A DNA stretch of 64,000 nt from Clostridia bacterium (lineage in GTDB: Bacteria > Bacillota > Clostridia > Christensenellales > Borkfalkiaceae), in assembly GCA_017467275.1 (NCBI GenBank), contig JAFTSN010000028.1, positions 45,608 through 109,607 of the forward strand. Direction: 5' to 3'. Positions 53,124 through 61,949 of the stretch are shown one piece after another. The notes under the pieces are model-generated. The model did not search any database. It saw nothing but the letters and a program-made list of their open reading frames with translations, and was not told the DNA's origin. The stretch's first letter is position 1. Each line of letters starts with the position of its first letter. The translations under genes and the position numbers were made by a program.

Positions 53124-54107
53124 ATGAAAATATCGGTTTTGGGTTGCGGGCGTTGGGGCTCGTTTATCGCATGGTATCTCGCAGGTCAAGGGCACGAGGT
53201 GTATTCGTGGGGCCCTGCGGGGGACTATTCTTACGAGGTTCTCAAAAACACGGGGAAGAACGAGTACGTCACGTTGAACGAAAAAATCCGTTTGACCTGC
53301 GATCTTGAGGAAGCGGTCACGCGGGCAGAGGTGATCATTATTTCCATCTCCTCGCAGGGCTTGCGCGGGTTTATGAAAAAAATTCTTGCTTACGACGTTT
53401 CGGATAAAGATTTCGTGCTTTGCATGAAAGGAATCGAGATCGAAACGGGAGCAAGGCTTTCCGAGGTGGTTGTGGAGAGCGGTGTGTCGAGCGATCGAGT
53501 TGCCGTTTGGGTGGGACCTGGACATATTCAATCGTTCACGCAGGGGATTCCGAGCTGTATGGTAATCGATTCCTCTAATCCCGCGCTTACCAAAAAGCTT
53601 GCCGACGGGTTTAGAAGTGAGCTGATCCGTTTCTACTATGGGAAAGATCTAATCGGAACGGAGCTTGGCGCAGCGGCGAAAAACGTCATGGGTATCGCGG
53701 CGGGCGCGCTCGACGGTTGCGGGTTTGTGTCCGTGAAGGGCTCCTTGATGGCGCGCGGAGCTTGGGAGGTCGCAAGATTAATCAAGGCGATGGGCGGCAA
53801 CGAGCTATCTGCCTACGGTCTCGCACATCTCGGGGATTACGAAGCCACGCTCTTTAGCGAGTTTTCCCATAACAGACGGTATGGGGAAATGCTCGTTAAA
53901 GGGGAGAAGTTTGAAAAGCTTGCCGAGGGCGTCTCGACGGCGGCGGCGATGAAAAAGCTCGGAAAAAAATACGGCGTCGAATTGCCGATTACCCAGACGG
54001 TTTACGAGCTTTGCTACGGCGATGACAGCGTGAGCGCAAAAGAGAGATGCCTTGCGCTGCTTACGGGCTTGTTTGCGCGCGATACCAGCACGGAATTTTA
54101 TTATTAA
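53124..54107 (+). CDS. gpsA: NAD(P)H-dependent glycerol-3-phosphate dehydrogenase-like
   Basis: Motif MKISVLGCGRWGSFIAWYLA (Rossmann) and GpsA-like AAKNVMGIAAG. It is somewhat divergent. Confidence 0.7.
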   Translation: MKISVLGCGRWGSFIAWYLAGQGHEVYSWGPAGDYSYEVLKNTGKNEYVTLNEKIRLTCDLEEAVTRAEVIIISISSQGLRGFMKKILAYDVSDKDFVLCMKGIEIETGARLSEVVVESGVSSDRVAVWVGPGHIQSFTQGIPSCMVIDSSNPALTKKLADGFRSELIRFYYGKDLIGTELGAAAKNVMGIAAGALDGCGFVSVKGSLMARGAWEVARLIKAMGGNELSAYGLAHLGDYEATLFSEFSHNRRYGEMLVKGEKFEKLAEGVSTAAAMKKLGKKYGVELPITQTVYELCYGDDSVSAKERCLALLTGLFARDTSTEFYY

Positions 54108-54183
54108 TTGGGCGGCTATATTCCTTTGGTGCCTTATAAATAGGTGCTTGTTGCTTTGAATTATTTTGTTTAGAGGACGAACT

Positions 54184-54717
54184 ATGAAAAAGACATTGAG
54201 GCAAAGAATTGTGTGTATCCCGATGGCGTTGGGGATGGCGGCAACGTCGCTTTTCGCCGTCGGGTGTTCGGAAAAGCTGGAGGAAAAAAGCTATGGAGAG
54301 TTTTACCTTTTAAGAGAAGCATTTGAATACGGCTGTTTAACGCAGGAGGATTTGAAAAGTATTGCTTATTATCAATTCGGGGGAAATTCACAAAATGAAG
54401 AGATAATAAGCGATACATTCGTGCCCCAGGAACAAGGAGAGATACCGAAAGATATAGATTGGAAAATCAGAGCAACAGAGGCTTGTAATCATCGGAATCG
54501 AAAGCCTGAATCTAATGTTAAAGCAAAAGATTATTATATTAAAAACTACTTTGGCTGTTATAACGGATTTTATGTTGTTATTGTAGATTTTTCATCATCA
54601 ACAACACTCTCTCCCGATGAAGTACTCGGTTTTGAGTATTATGAAGTTTACAAGGTAACTTTTTATTACCATTTTTATTATGGATATATCAGATTATGGA
54701 AAGAAAATACAAGATAA
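54184..54717 (+). CDS. Hypothetical lipoprotein, visibly AT-rich gene
   Basis: Signal peptide with lipobox LFAVGC and a Tyr/Phe-rich C-terminus. I recognise no family. Confidence 0.55.
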   Translation: MKKTLRQRIVCIPMALGMAATSLFAVGCSEKLEEKSYGEFYLLREAFEYGCLTQEDLKSIAYYQFGGNSQNEEIISDTFVPQEQGEIPKDIDWKIRATEACNHRNRKPESNVKAKDYYIKNYFGCYNGFYVVIVDFSSSTTLSPDEVLGFEYYEVYKVTFYYHFYYGYIRLWKENTR

Positions 54718-54736
54718 AAAGTTGTGAAAACTATAT

Positions 54737-54763
54737 AAAAAACGCCCCGAGGGGCGTTTTTTT
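54737..54763. terminator. Bidirectional terminator
   Basis: aaaaacgccc, loop cgag, then gggcgttttttt. Confidence 0.8.
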
Positions 54764-54781
54764 CTTAATAACGGTGGGATG

Positions 54782-56221
54782 TTATTCCCTATAAAGATAT
54801 TCGTCGATCTCTTCGCTGTACTCGTAGTCGCCTTCTTTGCGACGGCGTTTTTCCTCCTTGATCGCGCGCTTTAATTTCTTGCGCTGACGGGAATAGAAAA
54901 TCAGGGAGAAGAGAATAAAGAAGATGCCCGCCGCGAACGAGAACCAGCCGCTTGAATAGAACGAGATATCGAGCGCGGTCATAAACTCGGTTATTTTCGC
55001 AATTGTTTCCGAACCCAGACCCATAATCTTCGCGGGTGCGGAAAGCAGATTGAAAGCAACCGTCGGAATAAAACAGAACACCGTGAACGGGATATGCCCC
55101 AACCAAATGGGAAGCTTGAGCTTGACCGTGTTGTTTTTCGCAAACAGCTTCAAGAGGATCTTGAGCACGATATACGCCCACGTGAAGAAGGTGAAAATAA
55201 GCACGTAGCTGATAATTTTCATGACCTGCGCAATCATGCTTGCCGCGGATTCGGGAAGCTTCTCGGCAATCGCTGTGCGAATCTTTTCTTTAAGCTCCTC
55301 TTGCGCGTCTTTCACTTCCTCGTCGGAGGCGCCGTTCGTTTCGTCTGTTGCGGCGGAAAGGGCGGTTGTGCCGCGGCTTGCGCTTTCGCCGTCATCTTCG
55401 GGTTTTTCCGATTTTTCAAGTGCCTGTAAAATGAGCTCCGCCATGAAATTTTCCATGTCGATATTGCCCTCTTCGTCGGCAAATACGGAAATGGTCTCTT
55501 CAATAGCGTCGTGGATTTGCGCTTTATTTTCCTCGGTTAAAGTGAGATCCTCAAAAGATTCTTCGCCGCTGTGCGCCAATTTATCAAAGACCTCCAAAAC
55601 GGTCTCCTCCACTTTTTGGGAAACGCTTTGCGTCGTTGCATTTTCCGCGTAGAGCGCGTCGAGAATTTTTTCCGCTTCCGCTTCTATGTATTCCTCCGAA
55701 AAGCCCGCATTGTTCAGCTTTTCTGTGATTTCTTCCTCGGTTGCGCTTTCGCCGAGGATATTTTTTACCTGTTCGCGCACCGCCTCTTTTAAACCCTGCT
55801 TTGCCGTTGATCGCGCTAAATTCTCTGCGATTTGGTTAAGGGGCGCTTCGAGCTGGTCCATAATCCTGTCGATATTGGCGTTTAAAAGATTTTGAACAGT
55901 CTCCGTCGCGGGCTTATTGAGCGAAGCGAGGACGTCCTGCGTTTTGATCTCGATTGTGAGCTTGAGCGTGATCCCGTCGCCGACGACTTCCTTGATTGTT
56001 TCAAGCTGCTTTTTATCCGAAACGATCTCGCTTTCTCCGCCCTCGCCCGAGTCTTCGCCGTTTTCCTGCATGAGCGATTCCAGCATTTCCGCGGACATGT
56101 TATAGGAAATTTTGACCCGCCAAAGAGGGGAGACGAAATACGCCAGCACGGAGATTGCGCAAACGATGGAAATTATAACGTTGCAAATGAACACGGTAAG
56201 GCGTGTGCCTGATTTAGCCAT
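54782..56221 (-). CDS. Hypothetical membrane protein with a long acidic helical central region
   Basis: The start is placed at ATG 56221 (AGGAG RBS), not 56341. It has one N-terminal TM, about 330 Glu/Asp-rich residues, then 3-4 C-terminal TMs and a basic tail. Confidence 0.6.
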   Translation of the reverse strand: MAKSGTRLTVFICNVIISIVCAISVLAYFVSPLWRVKISYNMSAEMLESLMQENGEDSGEGGESEIVSDKKQLETIKEVVGDGITLKLTIEIKTQDVLASLNKPATETVQNLLNANIDRIMDQLEAPLNQIAENLARSTAKQGLKEAVREQVKNILGESATEEEITEKLNNAGFSEEYIEAEAEKILDALYAENATTQSVSQKVEETVLEVFDKLAHSGEESFEDLTLTEENKAQIHDAIEETISVFADEEGNIDMENFMAELILQALEKSEKPEDDGESASRGTTALSAATDETNGASDEEVKDAQEELKEKIRTAIAEKLPESAASMIAQVMKIISYVLIFTFFTWAYIVLKILLKLFAKNNTVKLKLPIWLGHIPFTVFCFIPTVAFNLLSAPAKIMGLGSETIAKITEFMTALDISFYSSGWFSFAAGIFFILFSLIFYSRQRKKLKRAIKEEKRRRKEGDYEYSEEIDEYLYRE

Positions 56222-56539
56222 AATAACTCCTACCTTATATAATGATATAAACAGTTTAGCACCAATGCGTGGAAAAGTCAAGAGCTTTTTTGCTGTTAAA
56301 ATTTGTCGGAGGCGGGTATAATTCCGCGGTTCTTTCGGCAAATTAAGAAGAAAAGGGGGGAAAGGATTTGAAAGTGAGGGAGACGGACGTTTTTTTTACG
56401 TCTGCGGACGGCAGAACGAAAGATGAGCGGGAAAGTTATTATACTGCGCCGAAAAGTGCGGACGGGGGCAGGAAAAGAAGCTTCGGTGCAGACACGGGCG
56501 GCTCTAATGCACATTTAAGCGGGGGAAAGGAGTGAAAAT

Positions 56540-56992
56540 ATGACGGAAAAAAACAGAGAAAACTACAATAAAAATTATATTGCTTACGTCAATTCCTTCG
56601 ACCCGCCCACCCACCATTTCAAAAACTGCTTGCGTGCGTTTGCCGTCGGCGGGTTTATCTGTGTGATCGGGCAGTTTTTGCGGTATATGCTTGAGGCTTT
56701 GTTCGCTCTGACGGGAGACGCGCTTGCGGGAACGGTCAGCGTCATTCTCATTTTTATCGGCACGCTTTTAACGGGGCTTGGCGTCTACGACCGCATTGGC
56801 AGAAATGCGGGCGCGGGGTCGATTGTGCCGATCACGGGCTTTGCGAACAGTGTGGCTTCGCCCGCGATCGAGTTTAAGACGGAGGGGCTCATTTACGGCA
56901 TGGCGGCGAAAATGTTTATCGTCGCGGGACCTATCATCGTATTCGGTGTGTTTGCGGGAACGCTCGTTGGATTGATCTATTTATTTTTATGA
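56540..56992 (+). CDS. spoVAC: Stage V sporulation protein AC
   Basis: Motif GAGSIVPITGFANSVASPAIEFKTEGLIYG, 150 aa. Confidence 0.9.
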   Translation: MTEKNRENYNKNYIAYVNSFDPPTHHFKNCLRAFAVGGFICVIGQFLRYMLEALFALTGDALAGTVSVILIFIGTLLTGLGVYDRIGRNAGAGSIVPITGFANSVASPAIEFKTEGLIYGMAAKMFIVAGPIIVFGVFAGTLVGLIYLFL

Positions 56993-57002
56993 GGGGTGAC
57001 GT

Positions 57003-57995
57003 ATGACGAATACCGTATTTTTTAAAAATAAGCCCCGCATTGTGGCGACGGGCACGATCGCGGGTCCTAAAGACTGTGCGGGCGTGGTGGGGAGGTTTGT
57101 GGATAAGGCTCTTTCCGACGACACGTTTGGGGAAACGACGTATGAAAAAGCAGAGTGCAAAATGCTCGCCTATGCCATACAGCAGGCAATGAAAAACGGC
57201 GGAGTCAGGGAAGAGGACGTCGATATGCTAATCTCGGGCGATTTGCTCAATCAGATCATTTCCGCTTCCTTTGCCGCCCGCGATTTCGATCTGCCTTTTT
57301 TGGGTGTTTACGGCGCCTGCTCGACCATGGCTGAAAGCCTTGCGCTTGCGGCGACGTTTATCGATTCGGGGCATTTCAAAAAAATCGTTGCGGCGACGGG
57401 CAGCCATTTTTCCTCGGCGGAAAGGCAGTACCGCTACCCCCTCGAATTGGGTTGCACGCGCCCCCCGCAAGCGCAGTGGACGGTCACGGGCGCGGGCGGC
57501 GTTTTGGTGGCAAACGACGGGGGCAGGGTTGCGATCACAAGCGCAACGTTTGGAAAAGTCGTCGATTACGGGATAACGGACGTCAACAACATGGGCGCCG
57601 CCATGGCACCTGCCGCGGCAACAACGATTTTAACCCATCTAAAGGACACGGGGCGGGACGCTTCCTACTACGATCTCATTGTGACGGGGGATCTCGGCGC
57701 GCTCGGGAGCAGAATCGTTAAGGATCTCGTGTGGGAAAAGGGGGTGGATATCCAGCCCAACCACGTGGATTGCGGGGAGATTATTTATAAGGTCATTGAG
57801 GACGAGTTTCAAGGCGGGAGCGGTGCGGGATGCAGTGCGGTCGTGCTCGGGTCCTATTTAATGGACAAGCTGAAAAAGAGGGAGCTAAACCGTATTTTAT
57901 TTGCCGCAACGGGGGCTCTTTTGTCCACCGTTTCGAGCGGACAGGGGGAGAGTATTCCTTGTATTTGCCACGCCGTGAGCATTGAAAACGTATAA
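57003..57995 (+). CDS. spoVAD: Stage V sporulation protein AD
   Basis: Thiolase-like fold, LGVYGACSTMAESL, about 330 aa, directly after spoVAC. Confidence 0.9.
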   Translation: MTNTVFFKNKPRIVATGTIAGPKDCAGVVGRFVDKALSDDTFGETTYEKAECKMLAYAIQQAMKNGGVREEDVDMLISGDLLNQIISASFAARDFDLPFLGVYGACSTMAESLALAATFIDSGHFKKIVAATGSHFSSAERQYRYPLELGCTRPPQAQWTVTGAGGVLVANDGGRVAITSATFGKVVDYGITDVNNMGAAMAPAAATTILTHLKDTGRDASYYDLIVTGDLGALGSRIVKDLVWEKGVDIQPNHVDCGEIIYKVIEDEFQGGSGAGCSAVVLGSYLMDKLKKRELNRILFAATGALLSTVSSGQGESIPCICHAVSIENV

Positions 57996-58000
57996 AAATA

Positions 58001-58032
58001 AATCCCCCGCGGGAGAACGCAGGGGATTTTTG
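58001..58032. terminator. Bidirectional terminator
   Basis: Stem aaatcccc / ggggattt followed by TT. Confidence 0.6.
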
Positions 58033-58075
58033 TCGTTTATAGAGTTCTGTGTTTGGCTTTGCAAAATGAATATTT

Positions 58076-59836
58076 TTACGCAACGTCGATGGAAAAGAGG
58101 GAAATTTCGTCTGCGCCGTAGGTTGCGTTTCCCGTGAAACGAATGCCCGAAATTTCCTCGTTTACAGGCAGATAGACAAGGCGGGAGATGTTCTCCGTCT
58201 CCTCTTTTAATACCCGATAGCCCGCATCCGTTTTTATTTCCACTGTGTAGCCTTTGGTCAACCGCGGGGGAATGATTGCCTTTTCGTAATGTTTCGGGAT
58301 ATGCGCCCGCTGGGGATACATCTGCACGTTCTTATCCCTCTGACAGGTTCGGGCAAGATCGCTGTCGAATACGAGGCGGAGTTTTTCCACTCGGATTTTC
58401 GGGAAGGTGAATTCAAGCGTGTGTCCGATCGGGAAGCGTGCTGCTTTCGTGTTTTCGTCTAGCTCACGCTCCACGCCATTGAAAAGGGCGTTTTTTTCCT
58501 TTTCGCCTAGATTGTTTTTTGAGCAGAGCAGGGTTTGGGAAATCGTGCGGGGTGTATGCAACAGATAACAGTCATCGTTTCGCAAAAGCTGCTTGATTTC
58601 GTCGGAAAGCGCCTCAATGCCTGTGTAGTCGCGGGCATATTTTTTCGCCGTCGCTGTCATGATGCCGACCGCCTGCCCCATGAGGGCGCAGGTCGCCATA
58701 ACGCGCGTGGAGGAGAGCGCAAGGTGGCTCGCGCTGATATTTCTGCCTGCAAACGCCAGGTTTTTGACGTTCACGGAGTAGAGACAGCGCAAGGGGATGG
58801 AATAGGGACCCGTCACGGGATGAAAGACGTTCGGCTTGATTCCTTGATAAAAGCCCTCGGGCGTGTGGTTGTCCATAGTCCAGCCGCCGTAAGCGATTTC
58901 GTCGGGAAAAACGGTGCGCTCATCGATGTCCTTTTGCGTGAGGACATAGGGACCGACATAGCGTCGGGTTTCCCGTTTGGCGGGGTAATAGCCCACGAAA
59001 TCAAGCTCCCAATTCTCCGCATCGAATTTTCCGCTGTTTTTCACGTAGTCCCAGACGCCGTAGACGGTGGCAAGCAGCTCGTCTTTAATTTCTTCCGCAT
59101 CCTTGAGCGCATCGCGCATACCGCCTAACTCTATCCACCAATAATTGTTTTTAATAAAGCCCATGCGATCGTTTAAATTGAGTCGGTACTTAAATTCCTC
59201 GTCCTCGATTTTGCGTGCGAACGGAGGCGGGGAATAGGGCACGGGGGCATCCGTTTCCCGAGCCTGTAAAAGACAGCTGTTGCCCATAGTAAATCGGTCG
59301 GAGGTCGCAGGAGCGAGCGCTTCCGACCAAACGTTTTGCCCTTCTCTGCCCGTTTCGATTTTGGCGGGCGAAAATTCTGCGAGTACGCTGTCGCCCGAAC
59401 AGTCGGCAAAGTAATCTGCGCTTATCTCGTATTCGACGTAGGTGGTCAGCTGAACGGCGCGCACGGAGCGGATTTTATTTTTAAAATATTCTGCACCGCA
59501 GACGAAAGCGTTTAACAGGAGCGTTATGTTTTTCTCCGCCTTGACAAGGTCGAAAAGAACGGCGTCCCACATGGGATAATTCATGTTGGGGTTGAGCTTG
59601 GCGTTTTTGAGCGCAATTTCCTCGAGTATGCCGCTCTCCCTATAGGGAGGGAAATGATCGCTGGAACCGCGGATCCACATTCTAATTTCCGAGGACGCGT
59701 TGCCGCCGAGCACGGGACGGTCGTTTATCAAACACACCTTAACGCCCCGCCTTGCCGCCGTAACCGCGCAACATACGCCTGCCATACCGCCGCCCACGAC
59801 GGCTAATTCGCATGGAAGGGTTTTCTTTTCAAACAC
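58076..59836 (-). CDS. FAD-dependent oxidoreductase (glycan-locus-associated type)
   Basis: N-terminal dinucleotide fold LAVVGGGMAGVCCAVTAARRG...GGNASSE. The GTG start follows GGAGGA. Confidence 0.75.
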   Translation of the reverse strand: MFEKKTLPCELAVVGGGMAGVCCAVTAARRGVKVCLINDRPVLGGNASSEIRMWIRGSSDHFPPYRESGILEEIALKNAKLNPNMNYPMWDAVLFDLVKAEKNITLLLNAFVCGAEYFKNKIRSVRAVQLTTYVEYEISADYFADCSGDSVLAEFSPAKIETGREGQNVWSEALAPATSDRFTMGNSCLLQARETDAPVPYSPPPFARKIEDEEFKYRLNLNDRMGFIKNNYWWIELGGMRDALKDAEEIKDELLATVYGVWDYVKNSGKFDAENWELDFVGYYPAKRETRRYVGPYVLTQKDIDERTVFPDEIAYGGWTMDNHTPEGFYQGIKPNVFHPVTGPYSIPLRCLYSVNVKNLAFAGRNISASHLALSSTRVMATCALMGQAVGIMTATAKKYARDYTGIEALSDEIKQLLRNDDCYLLHTPRTISQTLLCSKNNLGEKEKNALFNGVERELDENTKAARFPIGHTLEFTFPKIRVEKLRLVFDSDLARTCQRDKNVQMYPQRAHIPKHYEKAIIPPRLTKGYTVEIKTDAGYRVLKEETENISRLVYLPVNEEISGIRFTGNATYGADEISLFSIDVA

Positions 59837-59874
59837 GACATTCCTCCGTTTCGTTTGTTATTACTTATACTTTT

Positions 59875-59902
59875 ATTATAGCAAAAATACTGCTTTTGTC
59901 AA
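59875..59902 (-). promoter_or_regulatory. Promoter of the FAD oxidoreductase gene
   Basis: Minus strand has TTGACA (59902-59897), a 16-nt spacer and TATAAT (59880-59875). Confidence 0.5.
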
Positions 59903-59965
59903 TCCTACGAAAAAAAATTTTCTCAAAAAAACCGTATTCAGCCACAAGACGCAGTTTTTTTGTGT

Positions 59966-59988
59966 TATACTGTAAAGGAATAAAAACG
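59966..59988 (+). repeat. Partial intergenic repeat copy C
   Basis: TTATACTGTAAAGGAATAAAAACG matches the first ~22 nt of repeat copies A and B. Confidence 0.45.
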
Positions 59989-60203
59989 ATCTCGATTTTG
60001 CTTGGTGAATTTTGCAAATATACACCGTTGAAATTTTTGATAAACCGCTCGCATATTACAAGGCGACGGGGAAAAACGTTAAAACAAGAAAAAAACAGCC
60101 AAAATTACAATATTTTCACTCAAAAAAGTTCACTTTTAACCACATTTCGCAGTTTTCTTATGATATAATGGTATCAGGTGGAAAGTAATGACGGAGATAC
60201 CAT

Positions 60204-61949
60204 ATGGATATAAATGAAATAAAAAGCGTAGGATCTATCCGATATTCTCATAAAAAAACCGATTACGTGGTTAAGCACAGGCACGAGCGTTGGGAGATTG
60301 TCTATTACGTCAAGGGAAAAGGACAAGTGAGTGTTTACGGAGACAATTTCTTCAATTTCCGTTATTGTGCCGATTCGGTTATTTTAATCCCCAAGACGAT
60401 GTGGCACGACGAGTTCGCTGCGGAATATACGGAGATCGTCTGCAATCAGATCGATATGCCCGAAAATCTCCCGTTAAAGCCTATTTTTATCAAGATGACT
60501 GCGGCTCAAAGATCGGTGTTTGCGGGAATCAAAAAAAAGATGCTGGATATAAACGAACGCTATTTAAAACTAGAAGAAAATGCAGATGGGGAGGGCGCAC
60601 AGGAACTCAAATCGCTCGTGGAGCGGTTACAGATTAATATTTTTCAGCTTATTCACGAAAACAAACGGGATAAGAATTTATATTTTCATAATCTTGTTTC
60701 GATTATGAAAGAGTATATCGGTCGGAATTTCACAAAGAAAATCAATTTTGACATTCTTGCCGAGGACCTTTCCTACTCCTATGACCGACTGCGCCATATC
60801 TTTATGGAACACACGGGCATGACCCTATATACCTATCAGCAGGGATTAAAGCTCAACTATGCCAAGGAGATGCTCGTGACGACGAATATAAAAATCTTTG
60901 ATCTCGCGAGGCGGTGCGGCTTTAAAAGAGGGGAAGGCTTCGTCGATTGGTTTACCAAAAGAGTGGGGATATCGCCCCTAAAATATCGCAATATGAACCG
61001 AATATTCAAATGGGGCGTGGTGCTCAATCTGTCGGACGCGAAAGAATCGTCGGCGAAAACAAATCTCATCATTGACACCGATTTAGGCTGCGATTGCGAC
61101 GACGCCGCCGCGCTGATGATCGCGAATATATTACATAAGGAAAATTACACGAATATACTGTGCGTGACGCATAGCTTGAACGACCCCGAGGGCGGTCGTT
61201 GCGTGGAGCTTATCAACCGCACCTACGGAAACAATATAGAAATCGGCGTTTCCGACTGCTCTAAAATCGACGCGGAAAAATATCTGACGCGGTTTGTCTA
61301 TAAGCTTTATGAAGAATACGAGCCTGGAAAGAGTTTTCCCGAAGCAATGTCGCTCATTAAGGAGAAGCTCGCTTTGGTTGAGGACGACTCCGTGACGATC
61401 GCTTGCATCGGTCAGCTCAACAATCTCGCGAAGCTTTTAAAGGACCCTGAGGGTGCGATGCTTTTGCGGCGAAAGGTCTCCTCGATCGTCGTTATGGCGG
61501 GCAGGTTCGATGATTACGGCGAGAGCTACGAATGGAAGGGCGGACGTTTCAAAGCGGAATTTAACATTGCAACTGATATCGAAAGTGCTAGGATGGTTGT
61601 GGAAAACACGGATCTTCCGCTGATATTCGTCGATTTCAATCAAGGCTGTGACGTGTTGACGGGAGACGTTTTGGAAGGGCTCGAGAAAAACCCCGTGGCG
61701 AGAATTTATAAGCTGTTCGGTGTGGTCGAGCGGGAGAGCTGGGATCCTATTGCCGTGCTCTATGCGACGCTCGGCGGAGGGGGAATGTTCCGAATTTCCG
61801 AAGCGGGAACGGTCTCGATCGACGGGGACGGCAGAACGAAATTCCAAGAGGGAATCGGAAACCACCATATTCTCTCGGCAGTAAAAAAGAAAGATATCAA
61901 ACAGCAGATAAATGCAATATTAAAAAGAATCAGCGAGGTTTATGTATGA
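60204..61949 (+). CDS. AraC-family regulator (cupin + HTH) fused to a C-terminal nucleoside-hydrolase-like domain
   Basis: AraC HTH LAEDLSYSYDRLRHIFMEHTGMTLYTYQQGLKLNYAKEML...GISPLKYR, followed by LIIDTDLGCDCDDAAALMIANIL (IU-nucleoside-hydrolase-like Asp cluster). Confidence 0.75.
   Translation: MDINEIKSVGSIRYSHKKTDYVVKHRHERWEIVYYVKGKGQVSVYGDNFFNFRYCADSVILIPKTMWHDEFAAEYTEIVCNQIDMPENLPLKPIFIKMTAAQRSVFAGIKKKMLDINERYLKLEENADGEGAQELKSLVERLQINIFQLIHENKRDKNLYFHNLVSIMKEYIGRNFTKKINFDILAEDLSYSYDRLRHIFMEHTGMTLYTYQQGLKLNYAKEMLVTTNIKIFDLARRCGFKRGEGFVDWFTKRVGISPLKYRNMNRIFKWGVVLNLSDAKESSAKTNLIIDTDLGCDCDDAAALMIANILHKENYTNILCVTHSLNDPEGGRCVELINRTYGNNIEIGVSDCSKIDAEKYLTRFVYKLYEEYEPGKSFPEAMSLIKEKLALVEDDSVTIACIGQLNNLAKLLKDPEGAMLLRRKVSSIVVMAGRFDDYGESYEWKGGRFKAEFNIATDIESARMVVENTDLPLIFVDFNQGCDVLTGDVLEGLEKNPVARIYKLFGVVERESWDPIAVLYATLGGGGMFRISEAGTVSIDGDGRTKFQEGIGNHHILSAVKKKDIKQQINAILKRISEVYV

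Noticed and set aside
56222-56341. Upstream 40 codons of the ORF-track version of the acidic membrane protein
   Set aside because: The internal ATG at 56221 has an AGGAG RBS and starts exactly at the first TM helix. The upstream extension has no RBS and a basic, non-conserved-looking sequence.
56341-56539. Sigma-G promoter and a 31-codon ORF (ATG 56423) upstream of spoVAC
   Set aside because: The best -35 and -10 matches are poor. The mini-ORF has only a weak SD and a basic low-complexity product, so the evidence is insufficient.
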